Positions 44,362 through 55,614 of a stretch of 64,000 bases of DNA are shown piece by piece (position 1 is the stretch's first letter; every line of letters starts with the position of its first letter). Both the position numbers and the translations under genes were made by a program. Location: NCBI GenBank assembly GCA_020279385.1, contig GCA_020279385.1_4762.1. The stretch is one strand, 5' to 3'. The notes below the pieces were generated by a model. It worked only from the letters and a program-made list of their open reading frames with translations. It made no database searches and had not been told where the DNA came from. The DNA is from a phage.

Positions 44362-45175
44362 CCTTCCACACCTTCCTTGCATCATAGTTTTTACCTTTAG
44401 AAACAAATTTATATGTGTTAAGGTAGATAATATTGCTCCAGTCTTTCGGGCTAATCTCAACAAGTTTTGTTTTAATGTGTCCCGGAAGATATGCTTTGAT
44501 CATGTGGTCACTACCACGCATACCTTTTACATCGCTCCATTTGATTTTTAAGCGTGTTTTATTACTCAAGGTAGGAGTAGATGCATATTGCTTTAAAAGT
44601 GCCTCTAAAAACTGCTGACGGGCTTTAGGCGTTACATAGTGTAAGTTAAGACCCAGCATTACAGTATTACCCGCCTTTGTCTTAGAATCACCCAGACAAA
44701 TGATCAGCGGGAAAACATCCCAATATGGCAAAGTGTCTTTATACTTCGCATCATACATAAAGGTATAGATTCGACCTACTTGCGGTTTTACAATCTGGTG
44801 TCCCTTTATTCCCGCTTTTATTGTTTTAGTAAACCACTCCTGTGATTTTTCTTTAGGACGACTCTTTGATACAGCACGCATAGACGCACGAAAATCATTA
44901 ATCATCATCATTGCGCGTTGCTGCTTATTGAGACCCTTTGCACCTTTCCCTTTTAGTTTTTCAACTTCTATTGCTGTTTTAATTTCGCTTGCATAACGAG
45001 ACATACTTTTAGTGAAAGTCGCATAGGCTATTCCCTTAGAATCTGCAAATGCTTTAGCTGTCATTCCTTTGGCTTTTGCTTTCGCAAATTCTACACCCAA
45101 TTCGACCCACTGTTTAGACTTTCTTTTTTGGGGAGACGGCTTTTCGTCTTCTGTGATTATTTCAAATACGCTCAT
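44354..45175 (-). CDS. 2: DNA end-protector protein gp2 (by synteny and composition)
   Basis: 273-aa Lys-rich ORF at gene 2 position (T4 gp2 is 274 aa). Confidence 0.65.
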   Translation of the reverse strand: MSVFEIITEDEKPSPQKRKSKQWVELGVEFAKAKAKGMTAKAFADSKGIAYATFTKSMSRYASEIKTAIEVEKLKGKGAKGLNKQQRAMMMINDFRASMRAVSKSRPKEKSQEWFTKTIKAGIKGHQIVKPQVGRIYTFMYDAKYKDTLPYWDVFPLIICLGDSKTKAGNTVMLGLNLHYVTPKARQQFLEALLKQYASTPTLSNKTRLKIKWSDVKGMRGSDHMIKAYLPGHIKTKLVEISPKDWSNIIYLNTYKFVSKGKNYDARKVWKDA

Positions 45176-45186
45176 AATATTATCCT

Positions 45187-45660
45187 CTATTTGTTAAGCC
45201 CTTTAAAGCCAAACACTTTCTTTAATGCATGTTCGGTGATGATCTTAAACTCCATGTTATGCTTTTGGCATAATTTCACGGCAGCTAACCATTTTTCAGT
45301 ATTTTTTGTGTATGTCCATACTTCATGCATATATCGTTGCTTTGTCTTCGCGGTCATTCTTTTTGGCTTTTCCGGTGGCCTTGTCTCTTTAGCTGGTTTA
45401 ACTTCCCATAAATGCTCCTTGCCATCATCAAACTTAACGTAAAAATCCATAAAGTATCTGTGTCTTTTCCCGTCTGTCGATGACTCATAAGGAATTACTA
45501 CGGTCTCAGATCCCCATTTTGCAACTCTAGGATTGCGGTCTAGCCACTGCATGATCCATCTTTCCCAGCTTGAACGGTATGTGATCTTACGTATATCCCC
45601 TTTATACTTTTCCTTATTCTCAGGAACATACTTGCCCTTATAAGTGTTAGATCCTCCCAT
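45187..45660 (-). CDS. 4: Head completion protein gp4 (by synteny)
   Basis: 157-aa ORF at gene 4 position, divergent from gene 53. Confidence 0.65.
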   Translation of the reverse strand: MGGSNTYKGKYVPENKEKYKGDIRKITYRSSWERWIMQWLDRNPRVAKWGSETVVIPYESSTDGKRHRYFMDFYVKFDDGKEHLWEVKPAKETRPPEKPKRMTAKTKQRYMHEVWTYTKNTEKWLAAVKLCQKHNMEFKIITEHALKKVFGFKGLNK

Positions 45661-45675
45661 TTTAGCACCCTTTAT

Positions 45676-45683
45676 TATAAATA
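45676..45683 (+). promoter_or_regulatory. T4-type late promoter TATAAATA (gene 53)
   Basis: TATAAATA 33 nt upstream of gene 53 ATG. Confidence 0.55.
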
Positions 45684-45715
45684 CATAATACTATTTATCA
45701 ATTGAGGGTGATAAA

Positions 45716-46270
45716 ATGCTCTTTTCTTTCTTCCCTGCCATTGAATACAACGGCAAGATGATTACTGACATTGTGCGCAATTACCGCGCATATTTCAACG
45801 CAATAATTTCTGATTATAACATACAAACATATTACATTCAAGGTAGTCCACGACCGGAACAAGTTGCATATGAAGTATACGGAAACCAACAACTTTATTG
45901 GATCTTGCTGATGCTTAATGACGTATACGATCCGTTCCATGACTGGATCACTGATCAAGAGACAGCATATGAATCAGCCGAACAACGATATGCAAACGTA
46001 GGAGGAAATCAAGTATTATACCACGTTGATATTGACGGAAACAAGTATTGGAATCTTACCGAATATCCGAAAGGATCAAGCAATTGGTATGATAAAGGGG
46101 ATATTCATCACCGTTATTTGCAGTTTCATGGTGCATTGTCGGCGGTAGACACACTGGAAGATGCGATCCTCCGTAATGAGGAACGACGCAAGATCAAGAT
46201 CATAGATCCTACACAAATTAAACAATTTATTAACGCATTCATTCGAGAAATGGAAAAGGCTGATGTGTAA
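45716..46270 (+). CDS. 53: Baseplate wedge protein gp53
   Basis: MLFSFFPAIEY...YYIQGSPRPEQVAYEVYGNQQLYWILLM matches T4 gp53; TATAAATA late promoter upstream. Confidence 0.9.
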   Translation: MLFSFFPAIEYNGKMITDIVRNYRAYFNAIISDYNIQTYYIQGSPRPEQVAYEVYGNQQLYWILLMLNDVYDPFHDWITDQETAYESAEQRYANVGGNQVLYHVDIDGNKYWNLTEYPKGSSNWYDKGDIHHRYLQFHGALSAVDTLEDAILRNEERRKIKIIDPTQIKQFINAFIREMEKADV

Positions 46271-46281
46271 GGTGATTAATT

Positions 46282-48084
46282 ATGCTAATGTTTAATAACT
46301 CCGTTAAATGGTTTACCGGAATTGTAGAAAACAGGGAAGACCCATTAATGCTGGGGCGTGTTCAGGTTAGGATTCATGGTATACACCCCTCGCTATCCGC
46401 ACACGGTGACATTCAAGGTCTTCCAACCGAAGATCTATTATGGATTACGCCAGTACAAGATATTACAAGCGCGGCGATCTCCGGTATAGGTCAAAGCCCT
46501 ACTGGTATTGTTGAAGGTTCAATGGTATTTGGTTTGGCTTTAGATGAACGTTATTTAAACTGCGTTATTCTGGGTACTATTGCCGGACAATATACAGAGA
46601 AACCACTCACTACAGAAGGGTTTTGCGACCCTTCTGGTGCATATCCTCGTTATATTGGTAATGATGTTAATATTCTTGCTCGTGGCGGTATTAACCCAGA
46701 AACCGGACAAACAACAAAACCTGATAGTGTCTATATTCGAGATGAAAACACTGGAGTTGCAGTAAATCCAGACGACGAGCCATTAGACCAAATTCCGGTT
46801 GATGATAATCCTGATTTTACAATAGAAAAAATGTTGCGTGGCGATGAGGGATATCGCGAGAAATGGTATCTTGATTCAGAAGGATATCCGACAATAGGCA
46901 TCGGGCATTTGATCATTTATAAGAAAACCAGTGATCTTGGTATTATCAATAATGAACTTTCTAAGCTGGTAGGGCGTGAAGTTACAAACGGAAGACTTAC
47001 CGCCGAAGAAGTTAGTAAAGTATTTGCTGACGATATAGAAAAGACTCGTCGTGATATGCGCAAACATCCACGAATTGCACCTGTCTATAATAAATGTAAT
47101 GCCTCACGTCGTATGGCATTAGAAAATATGGCGTTTCAAATGGGTGTTGGTGGATTGGGTAAATTTAAGAATAGTCTTGCTGCGATGTTAGCGGAAGAAT
47201 GGAAACAAGCCTATGATGGATTACGTCAATCGGTATGGGCTAACCAAACTCCAGGACGCTCCAGCCGTGTTTCTAAAATTATTTTAACTGGTAACTTAGA
47301 ATCATATGGCGTAATTGCTCCAAAGAAAGAGGAATCAATTTCTGATGATCCGCGAGCACGTTTGAGAAATGCCCGTATTGCTGCCTATAAGACGCAGAGA
47401 GCAGAAGAAGAAGACCCAGAAGCACCGTTTACCCCACAAGACACACGAATCATGTTTAAAGAGCCTAAGAGTTCGTATTCTGCTAGGTATCCTTATAACC
47501 ATGTGTACGAGTCAGAGAGCGGTCATATTATCGAGATTGATGATACTCCTTCTCATGAGCGATATCATCGTAAACATCCTTCGGGTACATTTGAAGAAAC
47601 CAGACCGGACGGAACGAGGGTAGAAAAGATTGAAGGCGATGATTATCTGATCGTTAAACAAGGCCGGAAAGTAAACGTCAAGGGTAATTTGCAAGTTGTT
47701 GTTGAAGGTGACGCGCAAGTTTATTATATGGGTAATGTGATGCAAACCGTTGATGGTAACGTCACTGAATTTATTCGTGGCAATGTTAATCAGACCGTTG
47801 AAGGTACTGCTAACATGCATGTTGTAGGTGATGTTACCGCTCAGCTTGACGCTAATTTAACGGCTAATGTCAAGGGTAATGCTGAATTAATGATCGAGGG
47901 TAACACTACCGAAACAATTAAAGGTAACTATGATTTAACCGTTGAGGGTAATTTTAATATGACAGTCAATGGCACTAAATCAGATCAGGTTAATGGTGAC
48001 TGGTCCCGTAATTGTGGTGCAAGCGTTAAAGATATTGCATCTGGTACAGTTAAAATTGATGGTAGCCGTATTGATCTTGGGTGA
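46282..48084 (+). CDS. 5: Baseplate hub and tail lysozyme gp5
   Basis: 600 aa; N-terminal OB fold, central lysozyme block EGYPTIGIGHLI, C-terminal VxGxxxxxx beta-helix repeats. Confidence 0.95.
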   Translation: MLMFNNSVKWFTGIVENREDPLMLGRVQVRIHGIHPSLSAHGDIQGLPTEDLLWITPVQDITSAAISGIGQSPTGIVEGSMVFGLALDERYLNCVILGTIAGQYTEKPLTTEGFCDPSGAYPRYIGNDVNILARGGINPETGQTTKPDSVYIRDENTGVAVNPDDEPLDQIPVDDNPDFTIEKMLRGDEGYREKWYLDSEGYPTIGIGHLIIYKKTSDLGIINNELSKLVGREVTNGRLTAEEVSKVFADDIEKTRRDMRKHPRIAPVYNKCNASRRMALENMAFQMGVGGLGKFKNSLAAMLAEEWKQAYDGLRQSVWANQTPGRSSRVSKIILTGNLESYGVIAPKKEESISDDPRARLRNARIAAYKTQRAEEEDPEAPFTPQDTRIMFKEPKSSYSARYPYNHVYESESGHIIEIDDTPSHERYHRKHPSGTFEETRPDGTRVEKIEGDDYLIVKQGRKVNVKGNLQVVVEGDAQVYYMGNVMQTVDGNVTEFIRGNVNQTVEGTANMHVVGDVTAQLDANLTANVKGNAELMIEGNTTETIKGNYDLTVEGNFNMTVNGTKSDQVNGDWSRNCGASVKDIASGTVKIDGSRIDLG

Positions 48085-48092
48085 GGTAACTA

Positions 48093-48659
48093 ATGGTTGA
48101 AATTCTTCCGATGAGTTCAAAATTGGAGGATATCAGCGAGCGAGAAATCTTTGAGGTGGTGTTCTCTTATAAAGCAACGCCACCGGATGCAAATACCACA
48201 TACACGATTAAAGAGTTTAAGATCAGCGAGTATCGCCCTAATAAGGGCGTTACCGTTGAAGAAACTAAAATATCTGGTGAGTATCGGGATAGTTTTTCGC
48301 TTGGCGCGGATTCTCTTAAATATATAACGAAAGATAGAATTAAAAAATCTGCCGGAAGTTTTGATGATTTACCAGATCCAACTACCGCAGATCTATATTA
48401 TTTTAACGCTCCTACACGTCTACAGGAGGTTTATACTTATAAAGTAACCCTAACCTATATCCAATCTGTTTCAGAGTCTTCTGGTGGTTCCGGTGAAGGA
48501 AATAGTGGTGGTTCCAATAGCCGAGAGGGTGCTGGTGAAACTAATCCGCCTCCGGTAGTAACCGAACACACAATAGAGAAAGTTTATACTCAAACCGTTT
48601 TTGGAAATTGGGATGTGTGGAGCAAACAGTTAAGAGATTATGTACATAGGGGTGTTTAA
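48093..48659 (+). CDS. 5.1: Hypothetical protein (gene 5.1 position)
   Basis: 188-aa ORF between genes 5 and 5.4. Confidence 0.55.
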   Translation: MVEILPMSSKLEDISEREIFEVVFSYKATPPDANTTYTIKEFKISEYRPNKGVTVEETKISGEYRDSFSLGADSLKYITKDRIKKSAGSFDDLPDPTTADLYYFNAPTRLQEVYTYKVTLTYIQSVSESSGGSGEGNSGGSNSREGAGETNPPPVVTEHTIEKVYTQTVFGNWDVWSKQLRDYVHRGV

Positions 48660-48952
48660 TGGCTGGATTATCCTACGATAAAGCTAAAACTACAGGGCAC
48701 GGAAACTACCCACCTACGGTAATTAATGCAACTCAATCTAAGGTATTTGTTGAGGGTATCCCTGTATTAGTCGAAGGAGACCCAATTACACCACATACAA
48801 AAACAACAAAGCCTTATGATACACACGGGGGAACTACGGTCGCCAGTACCCCGAAAGTATTTGTTACCGGAAAGAAAGCAATTCAAATGGCAGATCGTAT
48901 TAGCTGTGGCGATACCGTCGCTATGGCATCACCGAAGGTATTCATAAAATGA
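48659..48952 (+). CDS. 5.4: PAAR-like spike-tip protein gp5.4
   Basis: 97 aa, same size and position as T4 gp5.4. Confidence 0.7.
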   Translation: MAGLSYDKAKTTGHGNYPPTVINATQSKVFVEGIPVLVEGDPITPHTKTTKPYDTHGGTTVASTPKVFVTGKKAIQMADRISCGDTVAMASPKVFIK

Positions 48953-50853
48953 CAAAGCAAAAGATTACACAAATTCCTGATATTTTTAATGCTGCTACAT
49001 TCGATGAAATTAAAAGCGCATTAACAGACTGGATGAGAAACCAGGAAGAATTTAAAGATTTTGATTTTAATGGTGCTGGTATTAACGTATTGATGGACTT
49101 GCTCGCATATAACACTCTGTATATTCAGCAATTCGCTAACGCCGCGCTATATGAATCTTTTATCAGAACGGCAATTAAGCGTAGTTCAGTTGTTCAAGCC
49201 GCGCAAGATTTAGGATATTTGCCAGCAAGTAAAACTAGTGCATCGACTACAATTATGTTGCACGTAACACATCCTCGAAATCCGGCAAGTATTCGAATCC
49301 CACGAGGAACTAAATTTATTGCAAGTGTGGATCGCCAGACTTCTTACCCGTTTGTGACTACAGAAGACGTTGTGAGCGTTTTAGGTTCAAATGGTTTATA
49401 TACGCCTATGCTTAAAGTCGCACAAGGTCGTATTGTTCGTACAGAAATGTTATTTGATCCGAAGAAACAAATTCTGATCCGTGATCCTGATATTGACCGC
49501 GCTCAGGTTAAGTTGTGGGTAGATGGTGCTGAATGGAAAGACTGGACACGAGAAAGCATTGTTAACGCAACTGGTGCAAGCAATATTTTCTATATGCGTG
49601 AAACCGTAGACGGTCATACAGAAATCTTCTTTGGTGAAGGTGAATCAACTTTATCTGCTGCTGGCGGTGCACTGGAAGCAAATTATATTGGTGGACTTAA
49701 GCCGTCAACTGGTGCTAATATTGTTATCGAATATATCAGCACTAAGGGCGCGGAAGCAAACGGATCTGTCAATTTCACATACGCGGATACATTGGCATCT
49801 ATCTCTATTGTTAAAATTATTGAGAATCCGACAAATGATCGTGATTATGTCGGTGCAGATGGTGGTGGTGATCCTGAATCAATCGAACGTATCCGTGAAC
49901 TTGCTCCGGTAATGCGTGAATCTCAGCGTCGTTGTGTAACTGCTTCCGACTATGAGGCTTTTGTTTCCAGCCGATTTGGTAGTATTGTTCAGGCGGTACA
50001 ATGTTTCACCGATCGAGAAAAACCAGGTTATGCTTTTGTTGCTGTTAAGCCTAAATCGGGTTTGCGATTGACAACTGTTCAAAAAGAAGATATGCGGGAT
50101 TATCTGGCAAAATATAACCTTGCCCCTATCACACCGAGCATCATTGACCCTAACTATCTGTATATTAAACAGAATATTAAAGTTTCATATTCAATCAATG
50201 ACTTGTCAGAATCAGAGCAGTGGTTGCGCGGTGCGGTTATTGATCAGATTGATGCATATTATACCGACGAAGTGGAAATTTTTAACCAGACATTTAGTAA
50301 GTCTAAAATGCTTGCTCGTATTGACAAAGCTGATGTATCTGTGATAGGTTCTAGTGCAGAAATCGAGATGGTGCGAGAGATCGACAACTTCTATAAAGCA
50401 CCGATGGCGGGAATCAAGTTTTTAAACCAGTATAAGAGCGGAATCAAGTCTAGTTCATTCAACTTCGAAAAGGACGACAAGCAATATCCGATCCATTATG
50501 TAAGTACAGAAATGAACAAAGAATCCGGTTTAGCTAAATTGCTGGTTGGACCTTTCCCTGTTGATTCTACAATCGCTTTACCGCACTATTCCGGCACTGA
50601 TTTTGATAAAGAGGTTATTGACGGGGCGGACCTATACTTTGAGGTTGGAGAGGTTCAGCATTATGAAGACCTTATTTCATGGGATCTGGGTAAACTGAAT
50701 ATCAATAGCGATCGCTTTACGGGTTCATATATTGAGTTGACAGCTAAACCGATTGCTGATAACATCTTTACTAAAGACGGTTCTTTGATCGTGTTTGAAA
50801 ACGATCTCCGTCCTCAGTACACAACTATTAGTCTGGAGGCAATTGCTCAATGA
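48949..50853 (+). CDS. 6: Baseplate wedge protein gp6
   Basis: 634-aa ORF in the gp6 position, translationally coupled to 5.4 and 7. Confidence 0.85.
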   Translation: MTKQKITQIPDIFNAATFDEIKSALTDWMRNQEEFKDFDFNGAGINVLMDLLAYNTLYIQQFANAALYESFIRTAIKRSSVVQAAQDLGYLPASKTSASTTIMLHVTHPRNPASIRIPRGTKFIASVDRQTSYPFVTTEDVVSVLGSNGLYTPMLKVAQGRIVRTEMLFDPKKQILIRDPDIDRAQVKLWVDGAEWKDWTRESIVNATGASNIFYMRETVDGHTEIFFGEGESTLSAAGGALEANYIGGLKPSTGANIVIEYISTKGAEANGSVNFTYADTLASISIVKIIENPTNDRDYVGADGGGDPESIERIRELAPVMRESQRRCVTASDYEAFVSSRFGSIVQAVQCFTDREKPGYAFVAVKPKSGLRLTTVQKEDMRDYLAKYNLAPITPSIIDPNYLYIKQNIKVSYSINDLSESEQWLRGAVIDQIDAYYTDEVEIFNQTFSKSKMLARIDKADVSVIGSSAEIEMVREIDNFYKAPMAGIKFLNQYKSGIKSSSFNFEKDDKQYPIHYVSTEMNKESGLAKLLVGPFPVDSTIALPHYSGTDFDKEVIDGADLYFEVGEVQHYEDLISWDLGKLNINSDRFTGSYIELTAKPIADNIFTKDGSLIVFENDLRPQYTTISLEAIAQ

Positions 50854-53800
50854 TTAAAGCGCCTAGTGTAACTAGCTTGACAATAGAAAAATTGTCTGCT
50901 AATCAGGCGTATATCACATGGGATGACGTAGGCGAAAACTTCTTTTATTTTGTGGAGTTAGCCGAAACCAGAACACGAGACGGGGAGATCATCCCCGTCG
51001 ATGAGTTAAGCTGGATAAACCTGGGATATACTGCCGACCAAAACTGGTTTGAGGACAAAAAAAACCTTTTTCCAGAATATTATTACAAGTTTCGTGTAGC
51101 AGTAGCCGCAGAAGGATTTGAACAAAGTAAATGGATTGAAACAGAAGAGTTTCAGACATTTAAAACAAACGCATATAATTTTTCTATGATGCGAGAGTTC
51201 AACCTTGCAAACGAGTTTATAAAGGAAAAATTTACATACGATAATAGAGAGTATGTCAAGTTTAATACTGACCTGATTCAAGCATCATTGATGAAGGAAG
51301 ATTTTGTCTTTAGTCCTGAATATGCAAACATGACAAATATATCAAACTACATTGTAGTTGATGGGAACTTTCATGAAATACAGGATCATATAGAAAAAGT
51401 TTGTACTGATATAAACCGCACGATGTTAGCGGAAATGAACGGTGTTTTGTACCTTTTCGAACGGTTCCAGCCGATTGTGAAGGTGTCGAACGATAAAGGC
51501 CAATCATGGAAAGCATACAAGGCTTTTAATGACCGTGTAGGCAATCCGGTTTCCCGCACATGCGTTTATCAGTCTAAAACCACTACTTACGTTTTAGGAT
51601 ATGACCGAATCTTTTACGGACGACAAGCTAGCGATACTCGGTGGAGCGCGGACGATGTTCGATTTAGTGATGATACGATCACTTTTGCAAAGGTTGGTGA
51701 CGAAAACGATTTAGGCTTTGACGTTGAGGTCTTTGGTGTATTTTCCAGATTAACAGGGGACACCACAAAATACGCAGAAGCTATGGCGTGCAGTGATGAC
51801 TATTTGTGGGTTGGTGCTAAAGATGTTATTCGCCGGATTCGTCTTAAGAATACTCCTGTTGATACCGTACAGGGTTCGCCTACGTTTGGAGAAAAAATAT
51901 TCGATCCTGATGTTATCCGAGTAACAGGAAATGATAAAGCTGTCATTCAGAAAATGGATGTGATCGACGGTAAATTGCTTGTATTTGTTACGGGTGAAGT
52001 TAAACAGCGTTATCAAGATCCAACTAAACCAGAAAACGTTGTTCCGTCAGATGATGCGGGTGTATACTTAATAGGGAGTGATGGTCTGTCTTTTCAGAGA
52101 GTATTTGGCAACACTCCGCAGGAAAGGGAATATATTCAGCATGGGTTCAGTAATATGTCAACCAATGGTGATGAGGTGTTCATAAGCCATTATAATCATC
52201 ACTTCGAAAGCATTTTACCTGATCCAGAAACTGCCGCGAAATATGAATTGGGCGAAGCTGTAAAATATTCTCAGGAGCCAACTTATCTAACTGATAAGAA
52301 AATACATCAAACTACTTTCAGAGCAAGTTATGATGATTTGCGTATTTGGGAGTTAGGACCGCAAGCGTATTATAATGAGGCCGATTATACATGGATGCGT
52401 CGAAACGGTGTCCGTGTGTGGATCACAAATGATAATCGCCCGTTGGTTGTTTATCCAGAGGTTATCTATACTCAAGAAGTTGATACATCTGGCATTCTTG
52501 ACCAAAATAGGGTCAACCGAGAAGTTTATGATAAAGGGACCGTGACCTGTTATCTTAACAATGTTAAATTTGAAGGATTCAAACAATATGCATCCGGTGT
52601 AATGTTCCATAAAAACACAGGAGAGATCATAGGATTCTATCAATTTAACTATCGCGTTCGTGATCAGGTTGGTGTATATTGGAAGCCTACAAATGTAGCA
52701 TTTGTTGCTGAACTGCAAAATCAGGTCCGAGAGGTTCCCTGGGTTCCGGTTCACTACGATCGAGAGCAAGATCCAGATTTGCGGCCTTTACTGAATAAGA
52801 TGACACCGGATAGCTTTTTGCTTGAGAACGAAAATTTCAGAAAATTCTCTGAATATTATCTGCAATTCTTAAGTGATGGTTCAGGAACATATTATAATAA
52901 ACTAAAAAATCTGATTAAAAACAAATATCCACGCGAGCAAGATGCATATGAGTATCTTTGGTCAGAGATGAACAAACGAAACATCTATGCAGATAAAAAC
53001 AAGCGAGATGCGGTAGTAAGATTCTTTGAATCCCGCAAATCAGATTTTTATTCCACTAAGGGCGTGGAGGCTTCTTACAAGTTCTTGTTTAAGTTACTTT
53101 ATAATGAAGATGTGGAAATTGAGGTTGAATCACAAGCCGGACTAGAGTATGATATTGTTGTTAGTTCAACGAACATTGACGAGGATATCGTAGGTCGCAC
53201 GATTTATACTCCAACCGGACGGGCTAACGTGACGTATCTTGAAAGGGAATATGAAGGTGGTCGCCTACGCTGGCGCGTAACCATTCATAACCTGATCGGG
53301 CGGTTCGAAGAAGGACAAGTGATCAAATCAGAGAAAACAGCGTTTGAAGGGATGATCCTTGTTGGTGTACGTGGTAAAGAGTTGTTGAGTAGTTCAATCG
53401 ACTATATCAACCGCTCACGAAGCCAATACACCATGAAGATTAAAAGTGCATTGCCAGTTTCGCGCTATGCAAATGATGTAATGCGATTCGTTCATCCTGT
53501 CGGCTTTGGGTTTATCGGTGTTACCCTGCTTACGATGTTCATTAACAGCGGGTTGAGCATGAAGCACACCGAGACGATAATTCAATCTCTGAAAAATTAT
53601 AAGTTTGACAGCGGATTGCCTAGCGTGTATCCTGATCGGGTGGCAGACCTTGACGTTGACGGAAACATTAAGAAAGACCCGCTTACCGGAAAAGCATTAT
53701 ATTTGACTTCACCTTTAATTGGTGAAGAATTTCCGGTTCCTCCTGAATATGATCAGGAGAACAGCGAATTGTTCCACGGACTTAAAGCAAGCGAACGAAG

Positions 53801-53939
53801 ATTTGCAATGAGTCCACTGTTTGACCAGTCGGCGGTAACATTCTCTATGTTCCGTGAACTTGTGGATAAACGGTTGAAGGATAATATAGGGAATCCACGC
53901 GATCCGAAGAATCCGACACAGAGGAAAATTAATGGCTAA
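50850..53939 (+). CDS. 7: Baseplate wedge initiator gp7
   Basis: 1029 aa (T4 gp7 is 1032 aa), conserved position. Confidence 0.85.
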   Translation: MIKAPSVTSLTIEKLSANQAYITWDDVGENFFYFVELAETRTRDGEIIPVDELSWINLGYTADQNWFEDKKNLFPEYYYKFRVAVAAEGFEQSKWIETEEFQTFKTNAYNFSMMREFNLANEFIKEKFTYDNREYVKFNTDLIQASLMKEDFVFSPEYANMTNISNYIVVDGNFHEIQDHIEKVCTDINRTMLAEMNGVLYLFERFQPIVKVSNDKGQSWKAYKAFNDRVGNPVSRTCVYQSKTTTYVLGYDRIFYGRQASDTRWSADDVRFSDDTITFAKVGDENDLGFDVEVFGVFSRLTGDTTKYAEAMACSDDYLWVGAKDVIRRIRLKNTPVDTVQGSPTFGEKIFDPDVIRVTGNDKAVIQKMDVIDGKLLVFVTGEVKQRYQDPTKPENVVPSDDAGVYLIGSDGLSFQRVFGNTPQEREYIQHGFSNMSTNGDEVFISHYNHHFESILPDPETAAKYELGEAVKYSQEPTYLTDKKIHQTTFRASYDDLRIWELGPQAYYNEADYTWMRRNGVRVWITNDNRPLVVYPEVIYTQEVDTSGILDQNRVNREVYDKGTVTCYLNNVKFEGFKQYASGVMFHKNTGEIIGFYQFNYRVRDQVGVYWKPTNVAFVAELQNQVREVPWVPVHYDREQDPDLRPLLNKMTPDSFLLENENFRKFSEYYLQFLSDGSGTYYNKLKNLIKNKYPREQDAYEYLWSEMNKRNIYADKNKRDAVVRFFESRKSDFYSTKGVEASYKFLFKLLYNEDVEIEVESQAGLEYDIVVSSTNIDEDIVGRTIYTPTGRANVTYLEREYEGGRLRWRVTIHNLIGRFEEGQVIKSEKTAFEGMILVGVRGKELLSSSIDYINRSRSQYTMKIKSALPVSRYANDVMRFVHPVGFGFIGVTLLTMFINSGLSMKHTETIIQSLKNYKFDSGLPSVYPDRVADLDVDGNIKKDPLTGKALYLTSPLIGEEFPVPPEYDQENSELFHGLKASERRFAMSPLFDQSAVTFSMFRELVDKRLKDNIGNPRDPKNPTQRKING

Positions 53940-54927
53940 TGAAAATAGTGTGATCTATCGCTCAATCATTACTAGTAAATTCAGAACGGAAAAACTTCTG
54001 AATTTCTATAATTCTGTAGGCGATGGGGCAAATCAAATTACAATTTATGGAACGTTTGGACGTTCGGAGCCGTGGTCAGAAAACGAAAAAGAGGTGGGCT
54101 TTGCCCCACCTTATCCGACCGATTCAACGGCTGGTGTTGTTGACATGTGGACCCATATGATGGGGGCGGTTAAGATTAACAAATCACTTCTTGATGCGGT
54201 TATCCCTCGTAAAGATTGGGGTGATACCGGACAGGATAACCCGCGCACATTCTTTATCAATGACATTGTTGTTGTCAACTCAGCACCATATAACCGAACT
54301 GATGTTGGTAGCGGCTGGATGGTGTATCGCGTAACCGATGTTCCTGATCGCGGTTACTGCTCTATTTCAAGCATTGACGCTAAAGTAGAGTGTTTGAAGC
54401 TGGGCGGAAAGTGGACCCCCACTCATGAATCAATTGCGCCACCTGTAGGAAAGGGCGATTCTATTGATATGGGTGATGGGTATCGTTGGGAATATCTGTA
54501 CACAATTCCACCTGATGCGGCGATCAACCGTTGCACCAATGAACATATTGTTGTACCGTTCCCCGATGAACTGCGACAAGATCCGGCGCGTTGGGGCTAT
54601 GACAATGTGATCACATGGTATAATGACTATAATCTTCTTTATCGGCTGAAAGTAGTAACTTTGCGTTTTCAGGCTTATATGGACTCTGCGCAATTCCCAA
54701 CTACCGCGTTAGTGGGTAATACTGGTTTCCGTCAGTTAAGCATTATCCTTAACCCATTGGAAAAGAAAGCACGCCCTAGCGATCCAGACGTTAAAGCGGT
54801 TAAAGATCAGTACCGTCCGCAAGACTTAGAGCCACACTCAGGAGAAATGATCTACATGGAAAACCGACAACCTATCGTTCGGTCATTAGATCAAACAGAA
54901 CTTGTTTCTGTATTGTTTGAGTTCTAA
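53932..54927 (+). CDS. 8: Baseplate wedge protein gp8
   Basis: SVIYRSIITSKFRTEKLLNFYNS...FGRSEPWSENEKEVGFAPPYPTDS nearly identical to T4 gp8. Confidence 0.95.
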   Translation: MANENSVIYRSIITSKFRTEKLLNFYNSVGDGANQITIYGTFGRSEPWSENEKEVGFAPPYPTDSTAGVVDMWTHMMGAVKINKSLLDAVIPRKDWGDTGQDNPRTFFINDIVVVNSAPYNRTDVGSGWMVYRVTDVPDRGYCSISSIDAKVECLKLGGKWTPTHESIAPPVGKGDSIDMGDGYRWEYLYTIPPDAAINRCTNEHIVVPFPDELRQDPARWGYDNVITWYNDYNLLYRLKVVTLRFQAYMDSAQFPTTALVGNTGFRQLSIILNPLEKKARPSDPDVKAVKDQYRPQDLEPHSGEMIYMENRQPIVRSLDQTELVSVLFEF

Positions 54928-54941
54928 GTGTATGATTTAAA

Positions 54942-54975
54942 AGCCAATTCGAGAGAGTTGGCTTTTTCCATTTTT
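54942..54975 (+). terminator. Intrinsic terminator after gene 8
   Basis: GCCAATTC-GAGA-GAGTTGGC hairpin followed by TTTTTCCATTTTT. Confidence 0.6.
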
Positions 54976-54979
54976 GGTG

Positions 54980-55007
54980 TTGACAATCTTATTTGGTAAG
55001 GTATAAT
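54980..55007 (+). promoter_or_regulatory. Sigma70 consensus promoter TTGACA-N16-TATAAT driving the gene 8-9 cassette
   Basis: Perfect -35 and -10 hexamers on plus strand inside the late structural module. Confidence 0.6.
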
Positions 55008-55036
55008 ACACACATCTAAACAACGGAGGATAAATT

Positions 55037-55294
55037 ATGGCACGTCGTAAATTTACAGATAATTGTGAAGCAATTCAGGTATCCCCTTGCGGTTGGGATG
55101 TGATCGCGAACGGTGAAAAGATCGGAGAGATCATCGATCATACTCATTCATCATTAGCCGATTACACCGATGAACTATGGGAGGGTATCAACTTCATGAA
55201 TGACACTAAACGATTCAAGACTATCGACGAAGCTATCTATTTTGTGTATAATCCAACTTTCGGTATGTGGGGAACTAGAAAATGGCACGCGTAA
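55037..55294 (+). CDS. Hypothetical protein (cassette gene 1)
   Basis: 85 aa; SD GGAGGA; downstream of TTGACA-N16-TATAAT promoter. Confidence 0.5.
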   Translation: MARRKFTDNCEAIQVSPCGWDVIANGEKIGEIIDHTHSSLADYTDELWEGINFMNDTKRFKTIDEAIYFVYNPTFGMWGTRKWHA

Positions 55295-55614
55295 ATATTA
55301 AATTGCATTACACAATGAATAAAGCTAAGTTCCCAATGCAAAAGCATTACTATGGTCTACGTGCACAAGATCCTAAACTCTATGGTACTCATTGGTTTTG
55401 TAAACATGATAACCAATGGCACACATACGAAGAAATGCACGAGATGATGAAACAGGGTATTGAATTTAGTTATTCTAATTATGACCATCGTATAACTTGC
55501 ATTCGAAAATTGAAACGATGGATTCGTAAGAATCCGCAATTTAAAAACTTTGTGTTCTTTATGTCTCATGTTTATTTGGGACATAGCGTTACCGTCACAG
55601 CAAAGGTTAAATAA
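55282..55614 (+). CDS. Hypothetical protein (cassette gene 2)
   Basis: 110 aa; overlaps gene 1 stop. Confidence 0.5.
   Translation: MARVNIKLHYTMNKAKFPMQKHYYGLRAQDPKLYGTHWFCKHDNQWHTYEEMHEMMKQGIEFSYSNYDHRITCIRKLKRWIRKNPQFKNFVFFMSHVYLGHSVTVTAKVK

Noticed and set aside
49631-49912. Alternative-frame ORFs inside genes 5-12 and wac (for example 49631-49912, 61536-61811)
   Set aside because: Embedded in or antisense to conserved structural genes, without start signals.
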